Shown here: piece after piece, positions 44,783 through 54,738 of the stretch
How positions within the stretch are numbered: the first letter of the stretch is position 1
How the letters are laid out: each line of letters starts with the position of its first letter
Source: a virus
Taxonomy: Duplodnaviria > Caudoviricetes
Reading direction: 5' to 3' (one strand)
Virus record (IMG/VR): IMGVR_UViG_3300044833_000104
Location: 1 to 61,920 of that record
DNA: 61,920 nt
Notes under the pieces: model-generated
Database searches by the model: none
What the model was told of the DNA's origin: nothing
What the model saw: the letters and a program-made list of their open reading frames with translations, nothing else
Program-made: the position numbers and the translations under genes

Positions 44783-44998
44783 TTAGCGTTCGCCTGTCGG
44801 CCATTCTTGCCACTGTACCTGATTGGTGAGGGTGGAGTGGACATAACCCATAGCTCGCCTCACTGCTTTCTCGGTCAAGGCCGGGTCCGTGCCGCGTGCG
44901 TCGATGGTGTAAGAAATCTCGTTGGCTGGTTTCACATGCGGGTCAATCAGGTCCGCCCATTTGCGGAGTATCTGTGCTGTCGTAGATCGAATCTTCAT
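44783..44998 (-). CDS. 71-aa protein carrying a copy of the tape-measure C-terminal motif
   Basis: YTIDARGTDPALTE versus TMP YTIDARGTDPVLTE. Confidence 0.6.
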   Translation of the reverse strand: MKIRSTTAQILRKWADLIDPHVKPANEISYTIDARGTDPALTEKAVRRAMGYVHSTLTNQVQWQEWPTGER

Positions 44999-45006
44999 CG
45001 GTGCGC

Positions 45007-45351
45007 CTACTTTCGTGCTGAGCATATCGAACAGTAACAACCGGGTTTGTGATGCAAGAGCGCGTAACTGACTGTGTCGCTTGGAAGGTCGATACTCAGC
45101 GTTTCTCCACTTACTTGCGACTTTAGAACGGTCGTATGCGCGATTCGTTTCGCCTCTTCTGGATTCTCGATAAGCGCGTCGGCTATCTCGCGAAACTGCT
45201 CCTCGGTGACGAAGCACTCCGACGTCATGCGGATCGGCTCGTTCACGTTGGCCGTTAGCGTGAGCGAGAACTTTGTGGCGAGCTGCGGCACGATACCCAC
45301 ATCTATCAGCCGTCTCATAATTGCCGAGTTGCTCGCGGTGATTGGTTTCAT
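45007..45351 (-). CDS. Hypothetical protein
   Basis: ATGA-coupled to the upstream glycosyltransferase. Confidence 0.6.
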   Translation of the reverse strand: MKPITASNSAIMRRLIDVGIVPQLATKFSLTLTANVNEPIRMTSECFVTEEQFREIADALIENPEEAKRIAHTTVLKSQVSGETLSIDLPSDTVSYALLHHKPGCYCSICSARK

Positions 45352-45944
45352 GTGATTGGTTTCCAGTTGTCGCCCATGCAGCGCGGGCTCGTATTGCTTG
45401 GATGGTTCGTTGCATACATCAGTTCGCCAGCATCGGCGCTGATAAGCTGCTTGGCCGCGCTTGCGACCGACACGAAGACGTTATCCTCGCCGATGTTCTT
45501 TGGTTCAAAGGGGTGTGCGGCCCACCACTCGCGCCGATAGCAGAGCGAGGTGCCGAGCGCATAGTTCCTTGTGCCTTCGTAGTTCCACCACGTTTTGCCA
45601 TCCGTGAACCGCATCGAATGGAAGCCTGCGAGAGCCAGCCCGCTTTCGTTGAGCATGTCGACCTGACGCGCCAGGCGCCCGCTCCCGCTCCAATCGTCAT
45701 CGTCCCAGTGGCAGATAACCTCGCCGATGGCGTTACTACAGCCGAAGTTACGCTTCTCTCCGATGTTGCGCTGCTCGGCCAGGTGTATCAGCCGGATTCG
45801 GTTATCGACGGGAACGAGATCCCGCACGTCCTCGCCGTCCGCGAGGATCAAAAGCTCCAACCGAGGATACGTCTGCTGCTGGAAACATTGGATCGCCTTC
45901 GGAAGCCACTGCCTTCGGTTCCGCGTCAGGCAAAGGCACGTCAC
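45348..45944 (-). CDS. Glycosyltransferase family 2
   Basis: TCLCLTRNRRQWL, QQTYPRLELLILADG, IGEKRN, HWDDDDW, IGED. Confidence 0.88.
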   Translation of the reverse strand: MTCLCLTRNRRQWLPKAIQCFQQQTYPRLELLILADGEDVRDLVPVDNRIRLIHLAEQRNIGEKRNFGCSNAIGEVICHWDDDDWSGSGRLARQVDMLNESGLALAGFHSMRFTDGKTWWNYEGTRNYALGTSLCYRREWWAAHPFEPKNIGEDNVFVSVASAAKQLISADAGELMYATNHPSNTSPRCMGDNWKPIT

Positions 45945-46143
45945 AAAACGGTTGCCGCGGGCCCACCTCGGGAGCTTCCGGGACGATAACTTTGGTCTCG
46001 TATTCCACGCGGGGTGGGGTGGCATGGCGCACCATGCCGGACTTCAAAAGTCGCGCCCCCAGTTCGTCGCCGGGGTCGAATTCCTGATCGGCGGCAACGG
46101 TTCCATAATCGCCGGTCAGTTGGCTGTTTGCGATTACTCTCAT
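45802..46143 (-). CDS. Small head-module protein
   Basis: ATGA-coupled; usual position after the capsid gene; its 3' end overlaps the glycosyltransferase. Confidence 0.55.
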   Translation of the reverse strand: MRVIANSQLTGDYGTVAADQEFDPGDELGARLLKSGMVRHATPPRVEYETKVIVPEAPEVGPRQPFCDVPLPDAEPKAVASEGDPMFPAADVSSVGAFDPRGRRGRAGSRSRR

Positions 46144-46838
46144 GCGAATAGTCTTCCTAATTCTGCAGCCCATTGATCGGGATGCTTTGCGTGCTTCCTT
46201 TGATTGCAAAGGGCGCAAAGTATCTGCGCATTCTCTATGGAGTGTGCCCCGCCGAGTGCCAGCGGCATGACGTGATCGAGATGGAAGTCATCGCCGACCG
46301 ACTGGCGGCATCCGGCGCATTTACCCTTTTGCCGGTCGTAAAGTTCTGCTATCTGGTCTGCCGTGATATTTCCGCCAGAGCCGACGGTCCGTGCGCGCCG
46401 ATTAGCAACATACTCCCGATTCTTCGCCGGATTCAGCTTCCTCCATTCGATTAGCCGCTTCTTATGAAATTCCGGATGCCTCTCGCGGTGCAGTCTGCAG
46501 TTTTCCTGCTTTTTTTCTGGGTGGGTTACCGTGTATTTCCTGTGAATCGCTTTTCGCTTCTCTGGATTCGCCTTATTCCATTCTGTCGCTCGATCAATCG
46601 TTATCTGCGCGTTGGCCGCTTGCCATGCCTTAGCTCGCGCCTTATATGGAGCGGGGTTTGCTGCATAACGGGCCCTGTTCTTGGTCCTCTCCTCATCCCG
46701 ATTGGCCGCGTAGCGTTCGGCATCGCGCTTATTCAAACGCTCGCGATTGGCTTCTCGATACTGCCGCAAATATTCGCGTTTCTTGCACGCCTTGCAGGCT
46801 CCGCATTCGCATGAGGCCGCGCGTTTCTTGGTTGTCAT
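46140..46838 (-). CDS. HNH endonuclease
   Basis: CAGC..HLDHVMPLALGGAHSIENAQILCALCNQRK. Confidence 0.9.
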   Translation of the reverse strand: MTTKKRAASCECGACKACKKREYLRQYREANRERLNKRDAERYAANRDEERTKNRARYAANPAPYKARAKAWQAANAQITIDRATEWNKANPEKRKAIHRKYTVTHPEKKQENCRLHRERHPEFHKKRLIEWRKLNPAKNREYVANRRARTVGSGGNITADQIAELYDRQKGKCAGCRQSVGDDFHLDHVMPLALGGAHSIENAQILCALCNQRKHAKHPDQWAAELGRLFA

Positions 46839-46947
46839 GCCTCTAAAATCCTCCCTATCGCGAGGCATACAGTAGCACAAATCGTGCGGGTTCTAGTCAC
46901 CTTGGCAGATGAGCAGAACCCGCATTCGGGAGAGTTCTACTTAGGCG

Positions 46948-48129
46948 CTATGGGCTGGTCGTGAACGTCCCGCTGACGTAACTGGCGGGGCGTTTGACAA
47001 TCAGCACCATGCGTTTTTCGGCCCTCACTGCAACCAGGTTTTTTACGAAGTAGTCCTGGTGCTCGGTGCTGACTTCCACCTGCATTTCCATACGGTCCCT
47101 AATTTGCGAGGCGATGGGGCTTCCACTGCCGACAAGGAAGGTACCGGATGCGATGCTGGTGGTGTAGACCACATCGAGGCCGAACAGAGAAGGCCGCACG
47201 TTGGTCTGGGGATCACCGAGGATATAGCGTCCGAAGGAATCCTTGGTCAAGCGCATTTCGAACCAATCGTTCGGATGCAGAATAATGAAGGTTGGATCGA
47301 GTTCCTTGGCGGCCGTGATCTGCTGAATGGCGCGGCCGACGATGTCGATCTTGTTCCAGCCCTTCACGGCAGAGAGTAGGGCGGTGTTGAACCCACTCGC
47401 CTGCGTAATCAACCCGTGCAGATTCTCGCCGGTGTTGTCACCGCTGAGCAACTGCAATTCCTCGGCTAAGTTAACGTAGAAAGGAAGCGTGGAATTGATG
47501 AATCCGCGGAGTTCGGTGAAGTCGTCGAGGATCTGCTTTGTGGCAGGAATCCAGGTCGCGATGGTCCGCACCTTCTCGCTGATGGACTGGAAGGTGACGG
47601 CGTTCTCGGGCTTGGTCGACGCTTCCACGACCGGCGACGCGATTGTCATCGGCACGTTGACTTTCACGAAGTCGACAACCTGCATGGTGGTGGGGGCGGC
47701 GCTGAGCAGATCGCGCACCTTCAGGGTCTGCCGCGCTTCCGGCGTAATTCCGGGAATGCGGTCGATCTGGAGGACGCCAGAGGTTGCCTGCCCAACAGCC
47801 GCGGACGTGATGGTGGTTTTGCGTTCCATCAATTCCTGGATATCGGATGCCTTCAATTGAATAACCGCGCTACCGCGCCGGTCCTTCATCAAACGCTGAA
47901 GGCTTTCGCACTCCGTGATTGTCTTCTCGAGGCTGCTGCCCTGGCTCGGGTCAGAGACGTGCTTCTGAGCCAGCTTTACGTCGAGTGCGTCGACCTGCGT
48001 CTGCAGCTTGGTGATGACGGTTTTGGTTTCCTCGAGCATGGTGCCGTTCGCCTTCTGCTCGGCGTCGGCCTTGTCGAAGTGCGTCTTGAGCTCTGTTTGG
48101 AGCGTAGCGAGTTGATCCTTCAGTTCCAT
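46948..48129 (-). CDS. Major capsid protein, HK97 fold
   Basis: Coiled-coil delta domain, VEASTKPE, AEELQLLSGD, FVKNLVAVRAEKR. Confidence 0.95.
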   Translation of the reverse strand: MELKDQLATLQTELKTHFDKADAEQKANGTMLEETKTVITKLQTQVDALDVKLAQKHVSDPSQGSSLEKTITECESLQRLMKDRRGSAVIQLKASDIQELMERKTTITSAAVGQATSGVLQIDRIPGITPEARQTLKVRDLLSAAPTTMQVVDFVKVNVPMTIASPVVEASTKPENAVTFQSISEKVRTIATWIPATKQILDDFTELRGFINSTLPFYVNLAEELQLLSGDNTGENLHGLITQASGFNTALLSAVKGWNKIDIVGRAIQQITAAKELDPTFIILHPNDWFEMRLTKDSFGRYILGDPQTNVRPSLFGLDVVYTTSIASGTFLVGSGSPIASQIRDRMEMQVEVSTEHQDYFVKNLVAVRAEKRMVLIVKRPASYVSGTFTTSP

Positions 48130-48169
48130 GATAGGAACTCCTTTATTTAGATTTTTTGGTCCGGTTGAC

Positions 48170-49234
48170 TTATTTCTTCGGAATCAGCGACAGGATGCCG
48201 CCGAGTATTTGCGTCTCCTCCGAGTGGTCTTCAACCGGCTCGGTTTTCGTTTCCTTCGCGGCTGGACCCGATTTCGGAGTGTCGTCGTCCAAATCATCCA
48301 CTGCTGGATTCTCCGGGTCGTCGTCGGCTTCGTCATCGAATAGTGCGTTGAAAATGTCGTCTGCGCTCTTCACGTGTTCATGAGCCTCTTTCATGCTCTT
48401 CAACGTGGAAGCGCTAAATTTCTTTCCTTCCTTCAACTCCAGAGGGGCGACGAGGCCCTTGGCCTTGCGGCTCAGCGCGGCGCCAAAGCTCTTCTCTTCC
48501 ATCCGAAGTTTGCCCATCAATTCCATGTCGCCGTACTCGGCGGAAAGCCAGTCCAGATACTGCGGGAGATAACCCAGAAAGGCCTCAGAGAATTGCTCGA
48601 TGATCGTCTGCGCTGCGGTGACCTTGTCGTCCTTGGTTACGCCGCTTGCCCAGACAAGGCTCCCGAGCGCCTGGAACAGAGCGCAGCGCATCTGCCAGCC
48701 GGCATCCTGCAACTGCACCTCGGCTAGCTCCGTGTTGAAGTCGTCCTTTGTCTCGGCTCCGCCCAGACTCTTGATGGAGGTGACCATCGCAGATTCGTTC
48801 ATTGGGAACGTAACGATCGAACCTTCCCAGAGCCGCACTTCCTTGAGCTGGCGCACGCCGTTCTCGACCGAGGCTTTGATGGTGTCGAACCCGATGGACA
48901 TGCCCTTGATGACGCGGGCCTTGAGCAGGATGTAGGCCTTCTTTGCTTCCGGTAGGGCCATAAGCAACTGGCCTTTGACGTTTAGCGCAGTAGCCGAGTC
49001 GACTAGCGTGAGTGTGCCGATAGGTTCATCGGTTTTGTGCTGCCAAAGAAGCGGAATCTCCGAACCGCGCTCCTGGATGGTCTTCGTAAACGCGCCCGGC
49101 AGGATCGAATCGCCACCCAGATCGACGTTGTTGTAGACGGCAAGCTGGCCTTCGAAGCTGCCGTCTTCCCCGAGCGATTTGACTTGGACGGAGAACCGCG
49201 GCTTCGCCGATTTGGCGTTGATGGATGGAGGCAT
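48170..49234 (-). CDS. HK97-family prohead protease with acidic extension
   Basis: PLLWQH, GMSIGF, LWEGSIVTFPMN. Confidence 0.93.
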   Translation of the reverse strand: MPPSINAKSAKPRFSVQVKSLGEDGSFEGQLAVYNNVDLGGDSILPGAFTKTIQERGSEIPLLWQHKTDEPIGTLTLVDSATALNVKGQLLMALPEAKKAYILLKARVIKGMSIGFDTIKASVENGVRQLKEVRLWEGSIVTFPMNESAMVTSIKSLGGAETKDDFNTELAEVQLQDAGWQMRCALFQALGSLVWASGVTKDDKVTAAQTIIEQFSEAFLGYLPQYLDWLSAEYGDMELMGKLRMEEKSFGAALSRKAKGLVAPLELKEGKKFSASTLKSMKEAHEHVKSADDIFNALFDDEADDDPENPAVDDLDDDTPKSGPAAKETKTEPVEDHSEETQILGGILSLIPKK

Positions 49235-49249
49235 GATGTTCCTTTCGAT

Positions 49250-50632
49250 TTATTCGCTGATGCGCACGAGCGATGCAGGCTGGCTTGTCGCGGGGGTTCC
49301 AGGAAGCGCCGTGACCGGTTGCTGATTTAGTTGGATATGCTTGACATCTCCACCCTTGTATGGGTTCATGTCCTCAAGGTCGCGGACCTCGTTTGGATCC
49401 ACCACCGCGTTCTGCAGCATGATCGAGTAGCCCTGCATGCGGGTCAGGAAGTCGCCGCGGAGCAGTTCGTTGGTGTTGTGTTTGAAGTAATAGCCCTTGG
49501 CCTTCTCGTCCGGCGTGAGCACGCATCGCCATAGGTCCTGCTCCCAGCGTGTAAACCACGGCTGCATCGTAACTTTCACAAACTCGAGGGCCAACTGCTC
49601 GATGTTAGAAAATGTGGCGCGACTCAGATCGCCGACGAGATGAGGAGATAGCAGAAACCAGCGGCAAATCTCGTGAATATCGAAAAGCCGCGTCTCCAGC
49701 ATCTGTGAGTCAACGGCGCTGAGACCTGTCTGCTGATACGTCGCGCCAAGACCATCGAGGATGGGAACCTTGTGCGGCTCAGCGTAAGTCTTTTCCCAAT
49801 CGGCGCGGAACTTGTCGAAGCTCGCATCATCCTGGAACTTCTTATCGAACTTCAGCAGGTACGGCACCCGCCCGCCACCGGCATAGAAGCGCGCAACGTT
49901 CCTTTCGACTGATAGCGATGTGCCGATCGACTGCCGCGCCATCGTAATGACCGAGTATCCGCGAAGACCGTCCCACCCTATCCCTCGAATGTGGAGGATG
50001 TCCTGGGGCTTGCCTGGATCAAGCGCATAGGCCGTCTCATTGTTACCGGCGACGCCGCCAATACCATGCTTGACGATGTAGACAAGGCGCTTCTGGCCAG
50101 TCTTTTCGCGATCTACTGTCACCTGCCCAGGATCCAGCGCGCGCAGTTCAATCGCTTCACCGGTTCCGCTGCGCCGGATAATATGCGCATAGCCGTTGCC
50201 CTGTAGTGCGCAATGGCTTGTCCGTGTCTCCTGAAAGCTCATCGCCGACATTTCATCATTCGGCGCGTTCTGGAGTGCGTTGAACATCGGCTTGTCTTCT
50301 GCGAGCCGCTTCGCTCCATTCTTCCGTTGGAGCATCACCAACGGCGTTGCACCCTGCGTCTCGCTGATTATGCGGTTGCAGGCCCACACAACAGAATGGT
50401 TGAGCGCGGTCTCGAGCGATACGGGTTCACCCGACCATGCCGGCATCCCGCCCGACAGAAGCGTGTAAATTCCGGGGTAGCCGTTGCGCGCATACCAGCC
50501 GGCGTTGACGGCATCGAACGAGATGCCACCACCCTTCTGCCCACTGATGTCGAGCGCGAGAGTCTCGGCTCCCATCCCTGCCTTGACTGTTCTGAATGCT
50601 CCTTTGACCGCGTCGACGATGGCTGGAAACAC
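49250..50632 (-). CDS. Portal protein, HK97 family
   Basis: VWACNRIISE, ILHIRG, ATFSNIEQ, PNEVRDLE. Confidence 0.95.
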   Translation of the reverse strand: MFPAIVDAVKGAFRTVKAGMGAETLALDISGQKGGGISFDAVNAGWYARNGYPGIYTLLSGGMPAWSGEPVSLETALNHSVVWACNRIISETQGATPLVMLQRKNGAKRLAEDKPMFNALQNAPNDEMSAMSFQETRTSHCALQGNGYAHIIRRSGTGEAIELRALDPGQVTVDREKTGQKRLVYIVKHGIGGVAGNNETAYALDPGKPQDILHIRGIGWDGLRGYSVITMARQSIGTSLSVERNVARFYAGGGRVPYLLKFDKKFQDDASFDKFRADWEKTYAEPHKVPILDGLGATYQQTGLSAVDSQMLETRLFDIHEICRWFLLSPHLVGDLSRATFSNIEQLALEFVKVTMQPWFTRWEQDLWRCVLTPDEKAKGYYFKHNTNELLRGDFLTRMQGYSIMLQNAVVDPNEVRDLEDMNPYKGGDVKHIQLNQQPVTALPGTPATSQPASLVRISE

Positions 50633-52323
50633 TAGTTGAGGCTCCGCAGTCCGGTATAGGTCATAGTGTTCGATTCCGCCACTAGGGCTGGGCTGAGCAT
50701 GGTTATGGTCGCCGCCAATCCGTCGATACGCTTCGACGATTTCAGTCGTTCTGGTTTCGTGGGTTGGCAGTTGTCCTTGCGGTCATACTGAAGCTGCATG
50801 CAGGCAGCGTGCCAGTTGTAAACCGGGTTGTTGCCATGGCGGATCTTCTGATCGAGATATGCTGCGAGGATGAACTTGGTTGGGTAGCTCAACTGCATGA
50901 AGTTCTGCTGCACCTCGATCGCGTTGATTCCCTCATCGTTGAGTTCCATCGCCTCGGTGCGAAAGTTGCAGCGGTCGAAGGCGAGGTCTTGAAGATCAAA
51001 CATCTCCCGGCCCCAGCGGATCCTGTCCTTGACGACGCGCAGGTCGATCGCATTCCCGCCGGTTGCTGTCACGAATCCGCGCTTCACCCAATCCGCGAAC
51101 GGCAGGCGGCAGATGCGCTCGAGTTCCGGCACCCTCTCCTCCGGAACAAAGAAGAACGGCAGGAACGTCCAGACGCCGTTACCGCCAAAGGGTTCGAAGC
51201 CAAACACCACTGCTGTAAAGTCCGTGGTCCAGGAAGCGTCCACGCCCACATGGCACTGCTTGTCGATCAGCCCCCACTTGCGGATGAGGAGTTCGACGTC
51301 ATATTTCGGCCATTCCCGAAGATCCACATCTCCACCACATGCCTGCCATTTCGCCATATCGATGATCGGCTCTTGCTGGCTGGCTATGGGGACGTTGAGG
51401 TGATACCGGAGGAACTTCGACCGGTTCGCCGGCTGCGCGATCGCCTTATCGAGCTCGACCACTATCGCAGCGTCTTTCAGGAAACCGCCCAGATCCTCAT
51501 GGCTTGGGTTCGCCATGACGCGGGCTTCGCGCGATTTCCAATACTCAGGGTCGCTCTTGATCTTCGCGTTGTCAGCCTCCCAGATGGCCGGATAGAACTG
51601 TGGAGACTGAACAGAGCCTTCGAGGACCTTCTTCGCAAACTCATACTCCCCAAACCATAGGGGAGACTCGTACTCGGCGCCGGCAGTCGTGATCGCTATG
51701 TCCAATGGCTCCTCACGGCTGATCTGCCCTTTTGTGGTGACGTCGTAGAGGGTTTCCGCCTTCGCATTCTTCCAGCGGTGCATCTCATCGCGGATGTTCA
51801 GACTCGGCCGGATGCCGTCCTGCACGTCGCCGTCAGCAGAGAGCACCTGATAAGTGCCCCCGCCGTCGCGCCGGATGATTCGCTTTGTGCTGGGGAGGAC
51901 CTTCAGCCGGGAACGGAGGTCGGGGTTCGCATTCACCAACATCGCCGCGGCCTTGAACACGATCCCTGCTTGTTCCTTCGCCGCCGCCGAGCCGTATGCT
52001 TCCGGGTTGAGTTCGTCCTCCATGAGGATGTGATAGAGAGGTAACCCGGCAGTGATGAATGACTTACCGTTTTGCTTTGCCGTCGAGATGTACGCGCGCC
52101 GATGCTGGCGCTTGCCGTCAGACGCCTGTACCTTTCCGAAGAGTGCGCGAAGCACTGTGCGATGCCAGCCCATGAGCGCCAGGTTTAGTGGTGGGTAAAG
52201 CACCCGCTCGTAGAAAGCCTCGACCTTGCAGCCGCGGCACTGCGGTTTCCCGTTCGACCTCGTCTCGCACCATGTATCCGCATTGCAGTAAGCGCAGGTG
52301 TCAGGACGGTAGTTGCTACCCAC
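50632..52323 (-). CDS. terL: Terminase large subunit
   Basis: AKQNGKS, IRDEMH, ITTAG, GVDAS..DFTA, RIDGLAA. Confidence 0.95.
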   Translation of the reverse strand: MGSNYRPDTCAYCNADTWCETRSNGKPQCRGCKVEAFYERVLYPPLNLALMGWHRTVLRALFGKVQASDGKRQHRRAYISTAKQNGKSFITAGLPLYHILMEDELNPEAYGSAAAKEQAGIVFKAAAMLVNANPDLRSRLKVLPSTKRIIRRDGGGTYQVLSADGDVQDGIRPSLNIRDEMHRWKNAKAETLYDVTTKGQISREEPLDIAITTAGAEYESPLWFGEYEFAKKVLEGSVQSPQFYPAIWEADNAKIKSDPEYWKSREARVMANPSHEDLGGFLKDAAIVVELDKAIAQPANRSKFLRYHLNVPIASQQEPIIDMAKWQACGGDVDLREWPKYDVELLIRKWGLIDKQCHVGVDASWTTDFTAVVFGFEPFGGNGVWTFLPFFFVPEERVPELERICRLPFADWVKRGFVTATGGNAIDLRVVKDRIRWGREMFDLQDLAFDRCNFRTEAMELNDEGINAIEVQQNFMQLSYPTKFILAAYLDQKIRHGNNPVYNWHAACMQLQYDRKDNCQPTKPERLKSSKRIDGLAATITMLSPALVAESNTMTYTGLRSLN

Positions 52324-52331
52324 TTACAGCC

Positions 52332-52754
52332 TCAGTTTGGTGCTATTCCACATAACGCCCTCTCGAGCGTCCATCCCCATGACGGCTCGTTGCCTTGCAT
52401 CCCTAGGGGCGGCTGTATGACTGGCGGCGACCGATTAACTCCAGCTTCCTCGCGCGAAGACGCCAATCCGAGACTCTTTAGCATTCGGTTCAAGCTGGCT
52501 ACCATGCGACTCTCAGCCGTTATCAGGGGATTCAACACCTTCGTTCCATCGCGCCCCTTCACCATCGTCTGAAACTTGCCGGACTTCATCTGCTTCGTCT
52601 TCTCCCGACGGATGGCCAAAAGCGTGGAGTGCTGCCGGCAGTAATTGGCCAGCATCTCCAGATCTGCATCGACGTCAATGCTTCCGACGAGCTCTTGCCA
52701 CTTCTTTTTCGCTTGGTAATCGAGATCCGAAGGCATTCCGGGCGCGGTTTTCAT
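52332..52754 (-). CDS. terS: Terminase small subunit (P27-like)
   Basis: AKKKW..DLEMLANYC..LNP..LGLASSR; directly upstream of terL. Confidence 0.85.
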   Translation of the reverse strand: MKTAPGMPSDLDYQAKKKWQELVGSIDVDADLEMLANYCRQHSTLLAIRREKTKQMKSGKFQTMVKGRDGTKVLNPLITAESRMVASLNRMLKSLGLASSREEAGVNRSPPVIQPPLGMQGNEPSWGWTLERALCGIAPN

Positions 52755-52900
52755 TCCACCCCCCTTTTTTTCGACGTGAAAAGTTTGCGGTTGACTTGAC
52801 CGTGGTTCCGAGAGCCTAAGCGGTTAGAGATTTGACCCGCCCCTGCCTACCCCCTTGCCCTAATGCCCGTACCACCGCCTGCCTGGATGGGGCGGCCTAG
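52755..52900. other. Probable cos region
   Basis: Non-coding gap between the HNH gene and terS, with GGGGCGGGTCAAATCTCT on the minus strand; usual position in HK97-like phages; exact cut site not determinable. Confidence 0.45.
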
Positions 52901-53021
52901 GCTCTACGAAGGTAGCTCCCCGAGTCCTTCATGGCGTCTGATGTCGGTGACTGTGAGCACACCAGTGCCAAGCAGCGTGCGGTAGAGGTCAAGCCGTTCT
53001 GCTATGGTGAGTTCGCGAGAC

Positions 53022-53474
53022 TCAATGATCTGCGCTGCTTCTGGCTTTGTCATTGGGGTTGTTCTCTCTCATGGTCTTGGCACTGTGACACTCATTGCAG
53101 CGCGTCCGGTAGTTGTCGAGGTCGAGTCGGAGGTCTGGACGCTCCTGTATGGGTATGTCGTGGTCGCCGTGCAGGTGTCTCTTGCCGCGATGCCATTGCT
53201 CTCTTAGCTCTTCGAGAATGACATGGGTGGGTGGGTCATCGAGGCCATAGGTTCTGGCATCGCGGACAAGGTCTGGTTCCCATCCGCAGTCGACGCACTT
53301 CCACCCGTCACGGATGAAGCACTGGATGCGGAGTTTGCGGTGGTGTTCGTCATAGCCACGTTGGGTAGGTGAGCCGCGGCGCTCGTCGCTTTGCTTCTGA
53401 CAGTGTGTGCAGCGCGAACCGTTCGCTACCTGCCGACCACAGCCGTTCGAGCAGTTACGCTTGGTGAGTCGCAT
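53022..53474 (-). CDS. Terminase-associated HNH endonuclease
   Basis: RGSPTQRGYD, CVDC, DHDIPI..NYRTRCNECHSAKT. Confidence 0.88.
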   Translation of the reverse strand: MRLTKRNCSNGCGRQVANGSRCTHCQKQSDERRGSPTQRGYDEHHRKLRIQCFIRDGWKCVDCGWEPDLVRDARTYGLDDPPTHVILEELREQWHRGKRHLHGDHDIPIQERPDLRLDLDNYRTRCNECHSAKTMRENNPNDKARSSADH

Positions 53475-53751
53475 CGCCACGTAGCAATGCGCTGGGCATG
53501 AAGTCGCTGGCGTATGGGCTGCTGGCAGGGATGCCGGCGTAGCGATTTTCCCACGCATCCTCCATCTCGCGCACTTGGTGCGGAGTCATAAGCGTCTCGC
53601 ACGTAAACTCACCCACGAAGGAGACGGTGCCGGGCGCGATCGTTCCACCCATTGCAAACTCGGGCTTTGCTGTCAGCGCTGCTGCAACCGGAGCCATCAC
53701 CACTGCGACGGGAGCCATTGCGCCCCAAGTTAGAAACTGTCTGCGATTCAT
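53455..53751 (-). CDS. Small protein with twin-arginine-like leader and TMP-like motif
   Basis: MNRRQFL; FAMGGTIAPGTVSFVGE. Confidence 0.6.
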   Translation of the reverse strand: MNRRQFLTWGAMAPVAVVMAPVAAALTAKPEFAMGGTIAPGTVSFVGEFTCETLMTPHQVREMEDAWENRYAGIPASSPYASDFMPSALLRGDATHQA

Positions 53752-54188
53752 CTCTTCACCTCTACGCTTGCCCTGCATCCTGTCGTTGCTACAGCATCAA
53801 TGAACGTGCGCGGCGCGGGAGTCTGCGTGGTCTCGTGCCGCTTCTTGTTGGGGTTGAGCGATACGCCTTTGAACATCAGCTCGGCGGTGAAGTCTTGAAT
53901 CGCCCACTTCATCTGCATCTCGTCGCTAGCTTGCTGAATATAGCGAGCGACATACCGGTGTTCGCCAAAGGCAAGCTCAAAGCACCATCGCAACTGATGG
54001 TCAAGCCAGTATTGCCGAGGCGCTGGCGTCGTGAGTCGGAAGCCCTCGGGGAGTTCGCAGTCGGCCAGGCGCTTGGTCTTGCAGCGCATCTCCACCTGTT
54101 CGTCCATGCTGCGAGCGTCGGGATCGCGTGCGTTGTCGACGTCGTTCCACATTGGGCCGGTGGACTTGGAGACGGTCATCGCTCTCAC
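53748..54188 (-). CDS. Hypothetical protein
   Basis: Coupled on both sides. Confidence 0.55.
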   Translation of the reverse strand: MRAMTVSKSTGPMWNDVDNARDPDARSMDEQVEMRCKTKRLADCELPEGFRLTTPAPRQYWLDHQLRWCFELAFGEHRYVARYIQQASDEMQMKWAIQDFTAELMFKGVSLNPNKKRHETTQTPAPRTFIDAVATTGCRASVEVKR

Positions 54189-54565
54189 GCCAGCACCAAC
54201 TCAGGCTCTCTCTGCCCCGCCGGTACGTGGCGGCCCTTGAATCCCACCTTCAACTGCATCGTGTGCACCGGTCCGCTTTGGGTCTTCTGCCATGTGCCGG
54301 AGGCGTTCTCGGTGTAAGTCGCAGCATTGTGGAACCTGTCAACCCAGCGCATTTCCCCGCGCGCTACGGCATCCACAACCTTGCCCCTGGTGTAAAAGGT
54401 GACGCCATCAGATCCCACCACGGCCCGACGAGGGTCAATTGAGATAGCCTCGCTGGCTGGCACAACCAACACACAACGCCTCTCGTAGGGTCTTGCTAAG
54501 AGGCTCACATGCACGCGAGGGCGCGCAAACTTGGCTGCAGGACGTGCGATCATCCATGACCTCAA
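54185..54565 (-). CDS. Hypothetical protein
   Basis: ORF track; AVARGEMRW segment shared with 54739-55044. Confidence 0.55.
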   Translation of the reverse strand: MRSWMIARPAAKFARPRVHVSLLARPYERRCVLVVPASEAISIDPRRAVVGSDGVTFYTRGKVVDAVARGEMRWVDRFHNAATYTENASGTWQKTQSGPVHTMQLKVGFKGRHVPAGQREPELVLA

Positions 54566-54738
54566 TGAACTGGGATTGGGTGATACCGTCTTACTGGCCG
54601 AAGCCGGTTAGGTTTTGGTGGGGATATTTAGAGGGTGGGTCTGCCGTACATCGCTAAGATCGAGCCTGATTCGAGCGGCTTCCTCGTAACAATTGCTCCG
54701 GCTCTTAGCGGGGAGCAACGTTTGGTTTCAGTTGTCTA

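Noticed and set aside
29294-52044. Many long plus-strand ORFs opposite the structural genes (e.g. 36800-37816, 50764-51660)
   Set aside because: Antisense shadows of GC-rich coding sequence with no motifs or RBS support
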